Sequence record: MT028491.1
Direction: 5' to 3' (one strand)
Length of the DNA: 64,000 bases
Numbering within the stretch: position 1 is the stretch's first letter; every line of letters begins with the position of its first letter. Below the pieces are notes generated by a model. That model saw only the letters and a list, made by a program, of their open reading frames with translations. It was not told the DNA's origin and made no database searches. Below are positions 55,720-64,000 of the stretch, piece after piece. The position numbers and the translations under genes were made by a program.

Positions 55720-56363
55720 CAGCTAACCTTGCCTAAATTTTGTTTAAACAAAACGTTTCCATTAGGGAATCGCTTGTTGAAAAAATCCATCAATTCAGAA
55801 TATGTTCTGTCAACTTCTTTTTTGTTTCGATATTTCTTAATGATGTTTTTGTCTTTTTGTGTTCCAACACTGGTTACAATATCATCTGGATTAGACTTTG
55901 CTTTATCCAAAACTTCCTTGACTTTTGTTCCGCTTTTCAAGGTGAAAGCCATAAACAATTCACCTTGAGTCGGATCGCGCCCAAGAGAGTTACGAAGATC
56001 ATTGACATAGCCGACAATCTTTTTAGCGATGTCGGTTGAGTCGGTTCCGTCTGATCTTGATGTCAAGTCCTTTTCCCAATCACAGCAAAATAGCAAAAGG
56101 TAATAAGGAACTTGTGTGGATCGTGCGGCCTTGGAAATATCTTGAAAAACTTTATCAGGAATTTCACCAGACAATTCTTTTTCAGTACCATTGCTCAAGG
56201 CCCTACAACGATTAACCAGTTTGATAGCACCATTGCTAGAGAACAAAGGATGTTCATAATCCTTCACGTTGGACTTGATTCCTTCATCCTCTTCAAAATG
56301 TCCTTCGCCCTCTTGTGGCTGTATATTGACACCAAAATTTGGATCATTGAAATCTGTACTCAT
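55719..56363 (-). CDS. Degenerate lytic transglycosylase-like protein
   Basis: ISKAARSTQVPYYLL..WE and LRNSLGRDPTQGELFMAF..KAKSNPD resemble SLT-type muramidases; the GLxQ motif is missing. Confidence 0.4.
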   Translation of the reverse strand: MSTDFNDPNFGVNIQPQEGEGHFEEDEGIKSNVKDYEHPLFSSNGAIKLVNRCRALSNGTEKELSGEIPDKVFQDISKAARSTQVPYYLLLFCCDWEKDLTSRSDGTDSTDIAKKIVGYVNDLRNSLGRDPTQGELFMAFTLKSGTKVKEVLDKAKSNPDDIVTSVGTQKDKNIIKKYRNKKEVDRTYSELMDFFNKRFPNGNVLFKQNLGKVS

Positions 56364-56364
56364 A

Positions 56365-58791
56365 TTAAACCTCTAAGTAATGTGTCATTCCTTCTTCAAA
56401 ACCATCATAAGAATCAGGGTTTTCTTTTGCCTTGTATTCTTTCTTGACAACGGTTCTTTCTGGAATTTTACCAATCGCAGTTGACTTTGCAGGGAGCGCA
56501 TCCTTTGGAGATTCAACCGATCTAGCAAGATCAATATCAGGTGAATCCATTGAAATGGAGTTACCCTTGATCCCGGTAGAATCGCCTTGCATCTTAAGGT
56601 CTTTTGTCTTGACATTAACATTGTTTTCGCCAGAAATATTGATTTCTTTTGACTTAATGTTAATAGCTTGTTCCGCTTCCATGTTTATGTATGAAGTTGA
56701 ATACAAGTCAATAGCTTCGGCTTCAATAATAAGCTTGCCAACTTTAATCTGATACTTTCCACCAACACCCATTTCAACATCACCAGAATAAATTTCTGAC
56801 TTGTCATTGCCGCCAATGATTTGGAATGAACCATCAGCATGTAGGATCATATCGGCTGTTGTTCTAAAGTTCTGGTTGCCTCTAGCAGTCACATATTGAT
56901 CGCCATCGGTATAAGTGAATGAATCGCTCATGGTGAAATTGTAGTAATTTCCCATGGCTTTTTGTGAAACTGTACCCTTGGCTGAATACTCGATTTTAGA
57001 ACCGCTTTTATGCATAATGTTGATACGCTCTGCATTAGGCGAATCGTCATATTCAATCAAGTGTCCTGATAGTGTGGAATATGTCTTATTGTAAGGATAT
57101 TTCGCATTATAAGCAACTGGTGGCTCACCAAAAGTTCCAGTATCACCACCGATAGGAACACTTGTTACACGATTGGCAGATTGTGAAACCGCTGCCGGTT
57201 GATTTGTGTTTCCATTCAATCCGCGAGCCGCATGATTGGTTGATGGTGCACCGCGATATTCATTATATGGCAATGAGTTTGTAGGGTCTTGGAAACCGGC
57301 AACCTTTGAATTGGTATTGCCCGTTCCACCATTTCCTAGAAACTGTTCTGCATAGCTATAACGCTTGCCTGTTTCTATACCATTACGACCGTTTTGATAG
57401 CCCTTAAAGCGCTCATAGCGGTTCATAGCACCCATAGCAGAATCAAGATCGGTAGAGTTTCTAAGCATTTTGCCAGCACCCATACCATGACCAGAATCCA
57501 AATCCTTGATCATGTAATCGACCTGTGTGTCGAAATCGCTAGGACTTACACCACGCGAAGCCGCAAATGCTTCATAATCGGTTCTTCTAGGTCCAAGCCA
57601 TTGGTTAAGACCATAAGCCCCAATTCCGTTTTGTGCACCAGAATTGAAGCCCGATTCCTGTTTGATCGTTCCAAGAACAGCCGCTTTTTGATGATCGCCG
57701 GTATATCCAGCCGCGTCTAGTTTCTTGTTGATTCTGTCAACGGCTTCGGCTTCATTAGCTGGTTGTGTACCACTAGAACCAGTAGACGTATTGGTAGTTG
57801 TTGTATTGGAAGAATTATTCGCTGTCTGTTGCGAAGTATCAACCTTGATCCCCTCAAGACCCTTTTTTCCTTCATACCAACCAGCCTGTCTAATTGCTGC
57901 AATAAACTTAGGATCACGCGCACCATTCCATACACGACCGCGACCGGTATCTATATGGATGAATGTGTCATAAAGACCAAAACCAACAAAGCCACAACGA
58001 ACAGCATATTGAGCAAACTTGAAGACATTACCACGACCACCAATAGTTGAATAGGGGATATCCAAAGCGCGCCCTTGGATGTGTTGAGAAGCCTTAGCCG
58101 CGCCATTCAATCTAGCATTATATGCGGCTGTACGATATGCCGAAGTGATACTAAACTTTTTACCACCATTGTATTCATTTGTGAGCTTTTCAAGAGCCGC
58201 CGCTGTAGCATGATGGAACCTGAGAGAACCCATACCATCCTTACACTGCAAATCTGACTTTTGATAAATCTTCAATGGCCAATTGGTCATTTCTTTTGTC
58301 AGATATGTTCCATCATCCTTGATAGCTGTACCATCTGGTAGATTGGATTGGTTTTGTGGTTGATATTTGTCTGTCTCAACAGATTGACCATGATATTGAT
58401 TTGGTGGCAATACACCGGCATATGTAGGATCGGCTGTACCGCCTGCAACTGTACCAGCATTTGGTTTATGAATACCAGCCCAAGTTCCAATAACAACTGG
58501 ATATTGAGCGGTTCTTCCATCCATGAAAAAGCCAAATACCCAAGAACCCGGAAGAAGTCCATTTGGACTCCAACCGATACCTGAAATAGATGCACTGTTT
58601 GTAGGTTGTAGAACTTGCGCCCAAGGCAAATCAATGGTTGGAACCTCATCACGATCTTCCGGGTGAAATCCAAACCATCGTACACGCACACGCCCAAGCG
58701 TAAGCGGATCGATATTGTCTTCAACAACACCGATTGCCCAAATCATTCCGTTAATGCCAATGAAATCATTAAGCTGTTGATCATTAATCAT
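56365..58791 (-). CDS. gp5: Baseplate spike with OB fold, peptidase M15 and phage-lysozyme-2-type domains
   Basis: GVVEDNIDPLTLGRVRVR..LPWAQV; SAYRT..SQHIQGRALD..FIHIDTG; GTIKQESG..GLNQW..YERF; SGHLIEYDDSPNAERI; beta-helix C-terminus. Confidence 0.9.
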   Translation of the reverse strand: MINDQQLNDFIGINGMIWAIGVVEDNIDPLTLGRVRVRWFGFHPEDRDEVPTIDLPWAQVLQPTNSASISGIGWSPNGLLPGSWVFGFFMDGRTAQYPVVIGTWAGIHKPNAGTVAGGTADPTYAGVLPPNQYHGQSVETDKYQPQNQSNLPDGTAIKDDGTYLTKEMTNWPLKIYQKSDLQCKDGMGSLRFHHATAAALEKLTNEYNGGKKFSITSAYRTAAYNARLNGAAKASQHIQGRALDIPYSTIGGRGNVFKFAQYAVRCGFVGFGLYDTFIHIDTGRGRVWNGARDPKFIAAIRQAGWYEGKKGLEGIKVDTSQQTANNSSNTTTTNTSTGSSGTQPANEAEAVDRINKKLDAAGYTGDHQKAAVLGTIKQESGFNSGAQNGIGAYGLNQWLGPRRTDYEAFAASRGVSPSDFDTQVDYMIKDLDSGHGMGAGKMLRNSTDLDSAMGAMNRYERFKGYQNGRNGIETGKRYSYAEQFLGNGGTGNTNSKVAGFQDPTNSLPYNEYRGAPSTNHAARGLNGNTNQPAAVSQSANRVTSVPIGGDTGTFGEPPVAYNAKYPYNKTYSTLSGHLIEYDDSPNAERINIMHKSGSKIEYSAKGTVSQKAMGNYYNFTMSDSFTYTDGDQYVTARGNQNFRTTADMILHADGSFQIIGGNDKSEIYSGDVEMGVGGKYQIKVGKLIIEAEAIDLYSTSYINMEAEQAINIKSKEINISGENNVNVKTKDLKMQGDSTGIKGNSISMDSPDIDLARSVESPKDALPAKSTAIGKIPERTVVKKEYKAKENPDSYDGFEEGMTHYLEV

Positions 58792-60428
58792 CTTTTAGTA
58801 ATATCCACAATAGTATCAGGGTTTTTAATCTGTTCAAGTAATGATTCTGTTGTAAAAGGAACCATTCTATTCTGTCTTTTTCTGGCTTCTTCTTCGGCCT
58901 TTTGCATAAGAACATCAATACTTTCTTCATATGCGTTCTTTACACATCGCATAGCAATATTATATCCGGTTTCTGGATTATAATGATGTCTTATGTCAGT
59001 AATAAGATATGATCCTGCAAGTAATCTATGATTTTGACTAATCATATCATCGGTAGAACTGAATTCAGGGAGTTGAACTAGGATTGTATCCCCAATTCTT
59101 CTTTCTGTGTCACCAACAATTGTAATATCTGCAACAATATGATTAAGAAGACCTCTACTTGCAATAAGCAAATTCATAAAATCTAATTTTGTGTCCTGAT
59201 TATCAACACCTGTACCAAAATTTGAAACAATATAATTGATATTAGAATCGCCAGCTAGATTTGCTAAATCACCTTTTTCATAAACAACTCTTCCATTGTC
59301 ATTTTGTGTGATTTTTTCAAGACTGTCATAGTCTTTATTGTAATTATATGTTTTCTTATCAAAATATTGATTGGCAGGATTCACTACAAAAACAGTATTA
59401 TCATAAGCACCACTTTTCAACATGTCTTCTATATCAAATACTGTGTGAATTTTAAAATCTGTGATTTTTTGCCATGCAATGGGTTTTCCTGATCTGGAAC
59501 TTCTAGCCTGTTTATCATCCTTCGGTAATTCAATGAAGTTAGAAACCTTTTCAATTTCCGTAGCATGGTCATTGAAAATTGTTTGAGCAAAATTTTTCAA
59601 TGTTGAAGTTGCCGGTTTAACACTCATTTCAGGATTTGATTTCAAATCATTTCCTAGTGACCATGGTTGAGTGTTTGTTAATTCACCGTCAATAGATTTT
59701 TCTGTTAAGAAATATTCTTCTAAACCAATCCCGCCGATGGTGTTAGCTTTGGTTCCATCGATGATTTCATCAAATGGTTTGAAATTGAAACCATCTAAAG
59801 TTTTATAAAAAACAAAATTGGAAGCCTTGTATTCGCTCGATTTCGATTCTCTACAAAGAAATTTTATAGATTCTTTTGGTCGCATATTTGGGATGACAAT
59901 GGTTCTATTGCCTTCGGTATCAGAAATGTTACAAGGTAATTTCTGATCTTGAAAAACTCTACTATCATATTCAGAATTCAGATAAGATTGAAAAATTCCA
60001 TCAACCATTTTAGAAATTGGTTGATTTGAATAGCTTTTTCTGATATGAGTAGTAAGTTCTTTGATGTGTTCTTTACTTACACATCTTAACATATAAATCG
60101 ATTTACGTACCTGTCCACCACGATAAAGATTGTTAACGGAAGATACGCGAAATTCGTGTTTGATGGATTTCGAAAAAGAAGGGTCTGGAATTGATAGATG
60201 AACAATTACAGTTTCTTCACCAACAATTGGAAATGTGGTAACGAGCGAAAGCGAATCTTCCAACACAATATCCATTGTAGGATAATGATTGAAAGATTCA
60301 TAAATTGAAATTTCACGAACAAGGGGTACAATGCTTAATTCTTCGCCAGTATGTAAAGATTTTAAAATAAACAAATCGATAGATAAAGTACCGGCATTAA
60401 GTATTTTTGACCCTTTTAATTCACTCAT
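58788..60428 (-). CDS. Baseplate hub protein (gp27-like)
   Basis: VREISIYES, FPIVGEET, IRKSYSN, IVIPNMRP, FVFYKTLDGFNF, AGSYLITDIRH; between gp53 and gp5. Confidence 0.65.
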   Translation of the reverse strand: MSELKGSKILNAGTLSIDLFILKSLHTGEELSIVPLVREISIYESFNHYPTMDIVLEDSLSLVTTFPIVGEETVIVHLSIPDPSFSKSIKHEFRVSSVNNLYRGGQVRKSIYMLRCVSKEHIKELTTHIRKSYSNQPISKMVDGIFQSYLNSEYDSRVFQDQKLPCNISDTEGNRTIVIPNMRPKESIKFLCRESKSSEYKASNFVFYKTLDGFNFKPFDEIIDGTKANTIGGIGLEEYFLTEKSIDGELTNTQPWSLGNDLKSNPEMSVKPATSTLKNFAQTIFNDHATEIEKVSNFIELPKDDKQARSSRSGKPIAWQKITDFKIHTVFDIEDMLKSGAYDNTVFVVNPANQYFDKKTYNYNKDYDSLEKITQNDNGRVVYEKGDLANLAGDSNINYIVSNFGTGVDNQDTKLDFMNLLIASRGLLNHIVADITIVGDTERRIGDTILVQLPEFSSTDDMISQNHRLLAGSYLITDIRHHYNPETGYNIAMRCVKNAYEESIDVLMQKAEEEARKRQNRMVPFTTESLLEQIKNPDTIVDITKR

Positions 60429-60988
60429 CTGTTAAACACCCTTTGCTTTTCAGCAATTAATTGTGTGATGTAACGACTATCTGGAACATTGATACTTCTT
60501 CTTTTTTCATTCAAAGCCACTTCATAATCATAGCATTTGATTTCGCGTCTGTCAGAAGCATCAAGACCTAGATAAGTTTTCTCATCAACGATAATTACTT
60601 TTTCTGGAATGACTTCACCATAATCATTGTAAGTTTTTTTAAAAACTATCCATTCATAGTGATGTGTCTGTTGTGTTGATTGCTCTATTGAACCATATTT
60701 TGTTGCTAGATATTTTTCAAATACTGAATAACTCATAGGCCAATCAAAATAAGGATCATGTATTTTGTTGAACATAAGAATAATCCATTCAAGAGAAATA
60801 TCACCATAAAGCTTATGAGCTACTATTTCTGGTGTTTCTCCGTCTTGGATATGATATTCAAAAAAGATTTGTATCTTAGCAAAAACATCACTTTTTACTT
60901 TGAAAGCTTCGAAAATATTGGTCAACGTAATGGTAGATTTTTCCAGTTTATATGAAACTTTAGGAAATTCTTCAAAATATGTAGCCAT
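60425..60988 (-). CDS. gp53: Baseplate wedge subunit (LysM-like)
   Basis: YFEEFPKVSY, IQDGETPEIVAHKLYGD..WIILMFN..DPYFDWPM, YDYEVALNEKRR. Confidence 0.92.
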   Translation of the reverse strand: MATYFEEFPKVSYKLEKSTITLTNIFEAFKVKSDVFAKIQIFFEYHIQDGETPEIVAHKLYGDISLEWIILMFNKIHDPYFDWPMSYSVFEKYLATKYGSIEQSTQQTHHYEWIVFKKTYNDYGEVIPEKVIIVDEKTYLGLDASDRREIKCYDYEVALNEKRRSINVPDSRYITQLIAEKQRVFNR

Positions 60989-60991
60989 ATA

Positions 60992-61816
60992 TTAACGTCC
61001 TTCATCAATTGATTCTTTGGTATTCATTTCAATTTCACGGAATGTCAAAGAAAGCATGATGCTTGCTGGTGCGCGTTTTCCATCTTTTTGCAGATAGTTG
61101 GGTCCACCTTCACCGTGATAATTAACACCAACTTCTGTTAGTACACACATTCCGAATTTGAAAAGCATGTCTTGAACACTTGTGTCAGTGAAACGAATTC
61201 CGTACATATTAGGATATTTCATCAAATTGTTTAGATATCCTTCACCAACTTCCGGGTGCATCGCTCGCTTGAAACTTTTAATGATGTCTCGAATATGTTC
61301 TGAGTCTTCATAAGACTTAGGAACAAGCTTGTATTGAAAGTTAAATGTTCTTAAGTTCATTTGATTGAACATAACAGCTTGGAACGGGTTTTTAGCTAAT
61401 CCAACCGTTGCAGAAATATTTCTGAAAATTTGATTGCCGGTCATCATATCTGTTGAAGCGGCTTTCATGATTCCACCAGCAAGAGTTGGAATGTTTAATT
61501 GGCTGTTAATAGTTGAAGCGATATCCATGTAACCAAGTTTGCCTGATTGCAAACCTGTTGTGATATCCTTTGCGGTATTTGCGATAGCGCCGGAATGATC
61601 TTGTAAGAATGCATTCCAAGCACCCATTGAAGCATTTTCCCAATCGGCAACATGATTAGCTTCCATGTTGATAGGTACAGGAAGTGAAATAGAATTTCCA
61701 GTTGGCAATGGAACAGCTTCTTTATTTCTACTTGGTCTTGAATATTCATATTCGGTAAAAAGCAACCAGTTACCGTTAGTTTCTTCAAAATCGTTAGGGA
61801 ATTTAAGAATAGACAT
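60992..61816 (-). CDS. gp48: Baseplate tail tube cap
   Basis: ISLPVP, NPFQAVMFNQMNLRTFNFQYKLVPKS, IIKSFKRAMHP, LTFREIE. Confidence 0.88.
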   Translation of the reverse strand: MSILKFPNDFEETNGNWLLFTEYEYSRPSRNKEAVPLPTGNSISLPVPINMEANHVADWENASMGAWNAFLQDHSGAIANTAKDITTGLQSGKLGYMDIASTINSQLNIPTLAGGIMKAASTDMMTGNQIFRNISATVGLAKNPFQAVMFNQMNLRTFNFQYKLVPKSYEDSEHIRDIIKSFKRAMHPEVGEGYLNNLMKYPNMYGIRFTDTSVQDMLFKFGMCVLTEVGVNYHGEGGPNYLQKDGKRAPASIMLSLTFREIEMNTKESIDEGR

Positions 61817-61828
61817 TGGGATTTATCT

Positions 61829-61861
61829 CATAAATATTAAGGAGTCTTACTTGTATTTATG
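61829..61861. promoter_or_regulatory. Face-to-face late promoters
   Basis: CATAAATA on plus (61829-36) and on minus (61854-61). Confidence 0.6.
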
Positions 61862-61872
61862 ACTGGTTTTCA

Positions 61873-62313
61873 ATGGCATATAATTTTAAACAGGGGATAT
61901 ACAAACCTTTGTATCCCGAAAAGTGGGTTAATCCCAATAATATTGTATATCGATCTGGTTTAGAAAAAAAATATTTTAAACATCTAGAAAGACATCAGGC
62001 TATCGAAAAAATTGCGAGTGAAGAATTTTATATTCCTTACTACTCGCCTGTAGATAACAAGATGCATCGATATTTTGTTGACTTAATGGTCAAAACAAAA
62101 ACTGGCGAAATTTGGATTATTGAAATTAAACCAGATTCGCAAACTAGACCTCCAAAGAATAGTAAAAGAAAAAAGCAAACTACTTTTCTTCAAGAGGCTC
62201 TAACCTATGAGATAAATAATGCAAAGTGGACGGCTGCTAAAGAGTTTTGCCGTAAACGTGGATATAAGTTCTTGATTGCAACAGAATTAGATTTAAAGAA
62301 CGTTAGGAATTAA
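61873..62313 (+). CDS. gp4: Head completion nuclease (TnsA-like fold)
   Basis: YRSGLE, SEEFYIPYYSPVDNKMHRYFVD, IIEIKP, NNAKWTAAKEFC. Confidence 0.93.
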   Translation: MAYNFKQGIYKPLYPEKWVNPNNIVYRSGLEKKYFKHLERHQAIEKIASEEFYIPYYSPVDNKMHRYFVDLMVKTKTGEIWIIEIKPDSQTRPPKNSKRKKQTTFLQEALTYEINNAKWTAAKEFCRKRGYKFLIATELDLKNVRN

Positions 62314-62315
62314 TT

Positions 62316-62975
62316 ATGGCGTCAATTTTTGGTTCAACTACAACCATTCGTGACATTGTTGAAGATGCTCTTCGCTCCAATGTTAATCTAAGAGATAGAA
62401 ATCGCAAAAGCATGTTGTGGCTTGCCGAACGTGCTAGACAGATGAATTCAAGAGCAAACAATGCATCAACCTTTATTCGTGAAGATGGTCACACACTATT
62501 GAATAAAGGTAATGAAGGTATCGGTAAAATGTTCCTTTATTTCTATGATGCTAAACATAAAGCAACACTACCATATTATGACCAAGTGCCATGCATATTC
62601 GTTCTTGAACGTTATAAGGATGGTTTCTTAGGTCTTAACCTACACTATCTTGCTTATCGCGAGCGCGCCTTTTTGCTGGACGCTTTGTTTGAATTAGAAA
62701 ACAATGCAAAGCTTCCTGAGAACAAAAAGTTGCGTTTGCGTTATGCTGTCTTGAAGACAATTAGCCGATCAGAATTGGCTATGCCTTGTATCAAGAGATA
62801 TCTTTATTCACAAGTTAGAAGTCGTTTTGTTCGTGTGCCTGCCGATGAATGGCACATTGTTGCAATGCTTCCATATCAGGCTTTCCGCGATGGAAATGGC
62901 AAGACTATTCCGGTTCGAAAGGTTTGGGCCGATTCCAGACGTGCCGCCAAAAAGAGACAAAGAAAAGGAAAATAA
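62316..62975 (+). CDS. gp2: DNA end protector protein
   Basis: MFLYFYDAKHKATLPYYDQVP, GFLGLNLHYL, CIKRYLYSQV. Confidence 0.93.
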   Translation: MASIFGSTTTIRDIVEDALRSNVNLRDRNRKSMLWLAERARQMNSRANNASTFIREDGHTLLNKGNEGIGKMFLYFYDAKHKATLPYYDQVPCIFVLERYKDGFLGLNLHYLAYRERAFLLDALFELENNAKLPENKKLRLRYAVLKTISRSELAMPCIKRYLYSQVRSRFVRVPADEWHIVAMLPYQAFRDGNGKTIPVRKVWADSRRAAKKRQRKGK

Positions 62976-63517
62976 TGTCAAACATTGATGAATTCCTATC
63001 GGCACTGTCGAAAGGTGGAATATCCAAATCTTCTAACTTTTCGTGCATTGTCACATCACCAACCGGATCAGCCGACGAAATGCGCGACCTTACAATGCGT
63101 ATTGAAGCGGCTGATATTGCCGGTCGAAACACTACAATCTTGGAAGATACTACAGGTGGTTTTCCAACAAAGGTTGTGGTTGGTTCAACAATGAACGAAT
63201 TACCCTTGAGCATTATTCTTTCCGAAGATTTGAAAGAAAAAATCTTTATGGAAAAATGGCAAGACCTTGCTACAGGAAGTTATCGATCTGGAACAATATC
63301 TAAATACATGTATAATCCGGGTTATTATAACGATTATGTAGGTACTGTTTTAGTCTATGTCAAAAATGATATGGGTGATACTACTTACGAAATCGAATAC
63401 GAAAATGCTTTCCCTGCATTGATTGGTAATATTTCTTATTCATGGGAAAACGGACAAGCAATTGCAAAGCTACCTGTGACATTTATATTCAAAAAGTTTA
63501 TAGACAAAACTTTATAA
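62975..63517 (+). CDS. gp54: Baseplate tail tube initiator (gp54/gp19 family)
   Basis: TAATG coupling to gp2; MSNIDEF..GISKSSNF..EKIFMEKWQD..YNDYVG..ENAFPALI. Confidence 0.7.
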   Translation: MSNIDEFLSALSKGGISKSSNFSCIVTSPTGSADEMRDLTMRIEAADIAGRNTTILEDTTGGFPTKVVVGSTMNELPLSIILSEDLKEKIFMEKWQDLATGSYRSGTISKYMYNPGYYNDYVGTVLVYVKNDMGDTTYEIEYENAFPALIGNISYSWENGQAIAKLPVTFIFKKFIDKTL

Positions 63518-63536
63518 AGGACTGTGACTTAATACT

Positions 63537-64000
63537 ATGGCGTTACCAAAACTTAGAGTACCTGAATATTTTACTAAACTACCTTCCAATGGAAAAGAAA
63601 TTAAGTTTAGACCTTATCTTGTTGGTGAACAGAAAACACTTCTGGTTGCTATTGAAAGTAAGGACGTAAAAGAAATCTATAACGCAATCTTGAACATTAT
63701 TAACGAATGTATTTTGACTCCGGGCATCAAAGCTGAAAAGCTGGCGTCCTATGATGTTGAATGGCTGTTCATTAAAATGCGCGAACATAGCGTCGGTGGG
63801 CAAATCGCACTTATGCATAATCATGTGGTTGATGAAGAGGAATTTGAAGTCCCTGTTAAAGTCAATCTTGCAAATGTCAAGTACGAAAATCCAAATGTAA
63901 ACAATAAGATTTTGCTTGAAGAAGAAACTGGAATTGGTGTTGTTCTCAAGCATCCAACTCTAGAAATGTCTCTTAAGATATCAGACTTCCAAGAGGAAAT
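63537..64000 (+). CDS. gp26: Baseplate hub assembly protein, truncated by the window end (not in ORF track)
   Basis: MALPKLRVPEYFTKLPSNGKEIKFRPYLVGEQKTLLVAIE..YDVEWLFIKMREHSVG. Confidence 0.9.
   Translation, partial: MALPKLRVPEYFTKLPSNGKEIKFRPYLVGEQKTLLVAIESKDVKEIYNAILNIINECILTPGIKAEKLASYDVEWLFIKMREHSVGGQIALMHNHVVDEEEFEVPVKVNLANVKYENPNVNNKILLEEETGIGVVLKHPTLEMSLKISDFQEE

Noticed and set aside
62849-62974. 42-aa N-terminal extension of gp54 given by the ORF track
   Set aside because: Overlaps gp2; the real start is the TAATG-coupled ATG at 62975.
1-64000. Stop-codon reassignment
   Set aside because: Core genes translate full length in the standard code and end in TAA, TAG (gp62) and TGA (gp44); no suppressor tRNA seen.

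Overview
A 64-kb segment of a lytic T4-superfamily myovirus with the non-enteric (cyanophage/alphaproteobacterial-phage-like) gene layout. The standard genetic code is used. Left third (minus strand): replication/recombination module (gp41, uvsX, gp43, hsp20-like, regA, gp62/44/45, CobS-like AAA+ and vWA partner, gp46/47, gp55, uvsW, uvsY). Middle and right (mostly minus strand): head, tail and baseplate genes (gp3, Seg-like homing endonuclease, gp23/22/21/67/20/19/18/16/15/14/13, fibre and gp38-like adhesin, gp8/7/6/25/PAAR/gp5/hub/53/48), then gp4/gp2/gp54/gp26 on the plus strand. Accessory DNA is inserted at four places: a secreted Gly/Asn-repeat gene, a five-gene AT-rich array, and two inverted plus-strand islands. 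Strongest oddities: (1) a consensus sigma70 promoter firing into an ORF-free cluster of GNA-triloop mini-hairpins and an AT-rich tract next to uvsY (candidate origin or ncRNA); (2) a tRNA with a CAU anticodon on a class II long-variable-arm body, at the end of a late SLOG-led operon; (3) an intact peptide deformylase homologue lacking nearly all catalytic residues; (4) no large terminase between gp16 and gp18; (5) a gp5 spike with two peptidoglycan hydrolase domains followed by two degenerate hydrolase genes. All family calls come from motif recognition and synteny by eye; no database searches were run.
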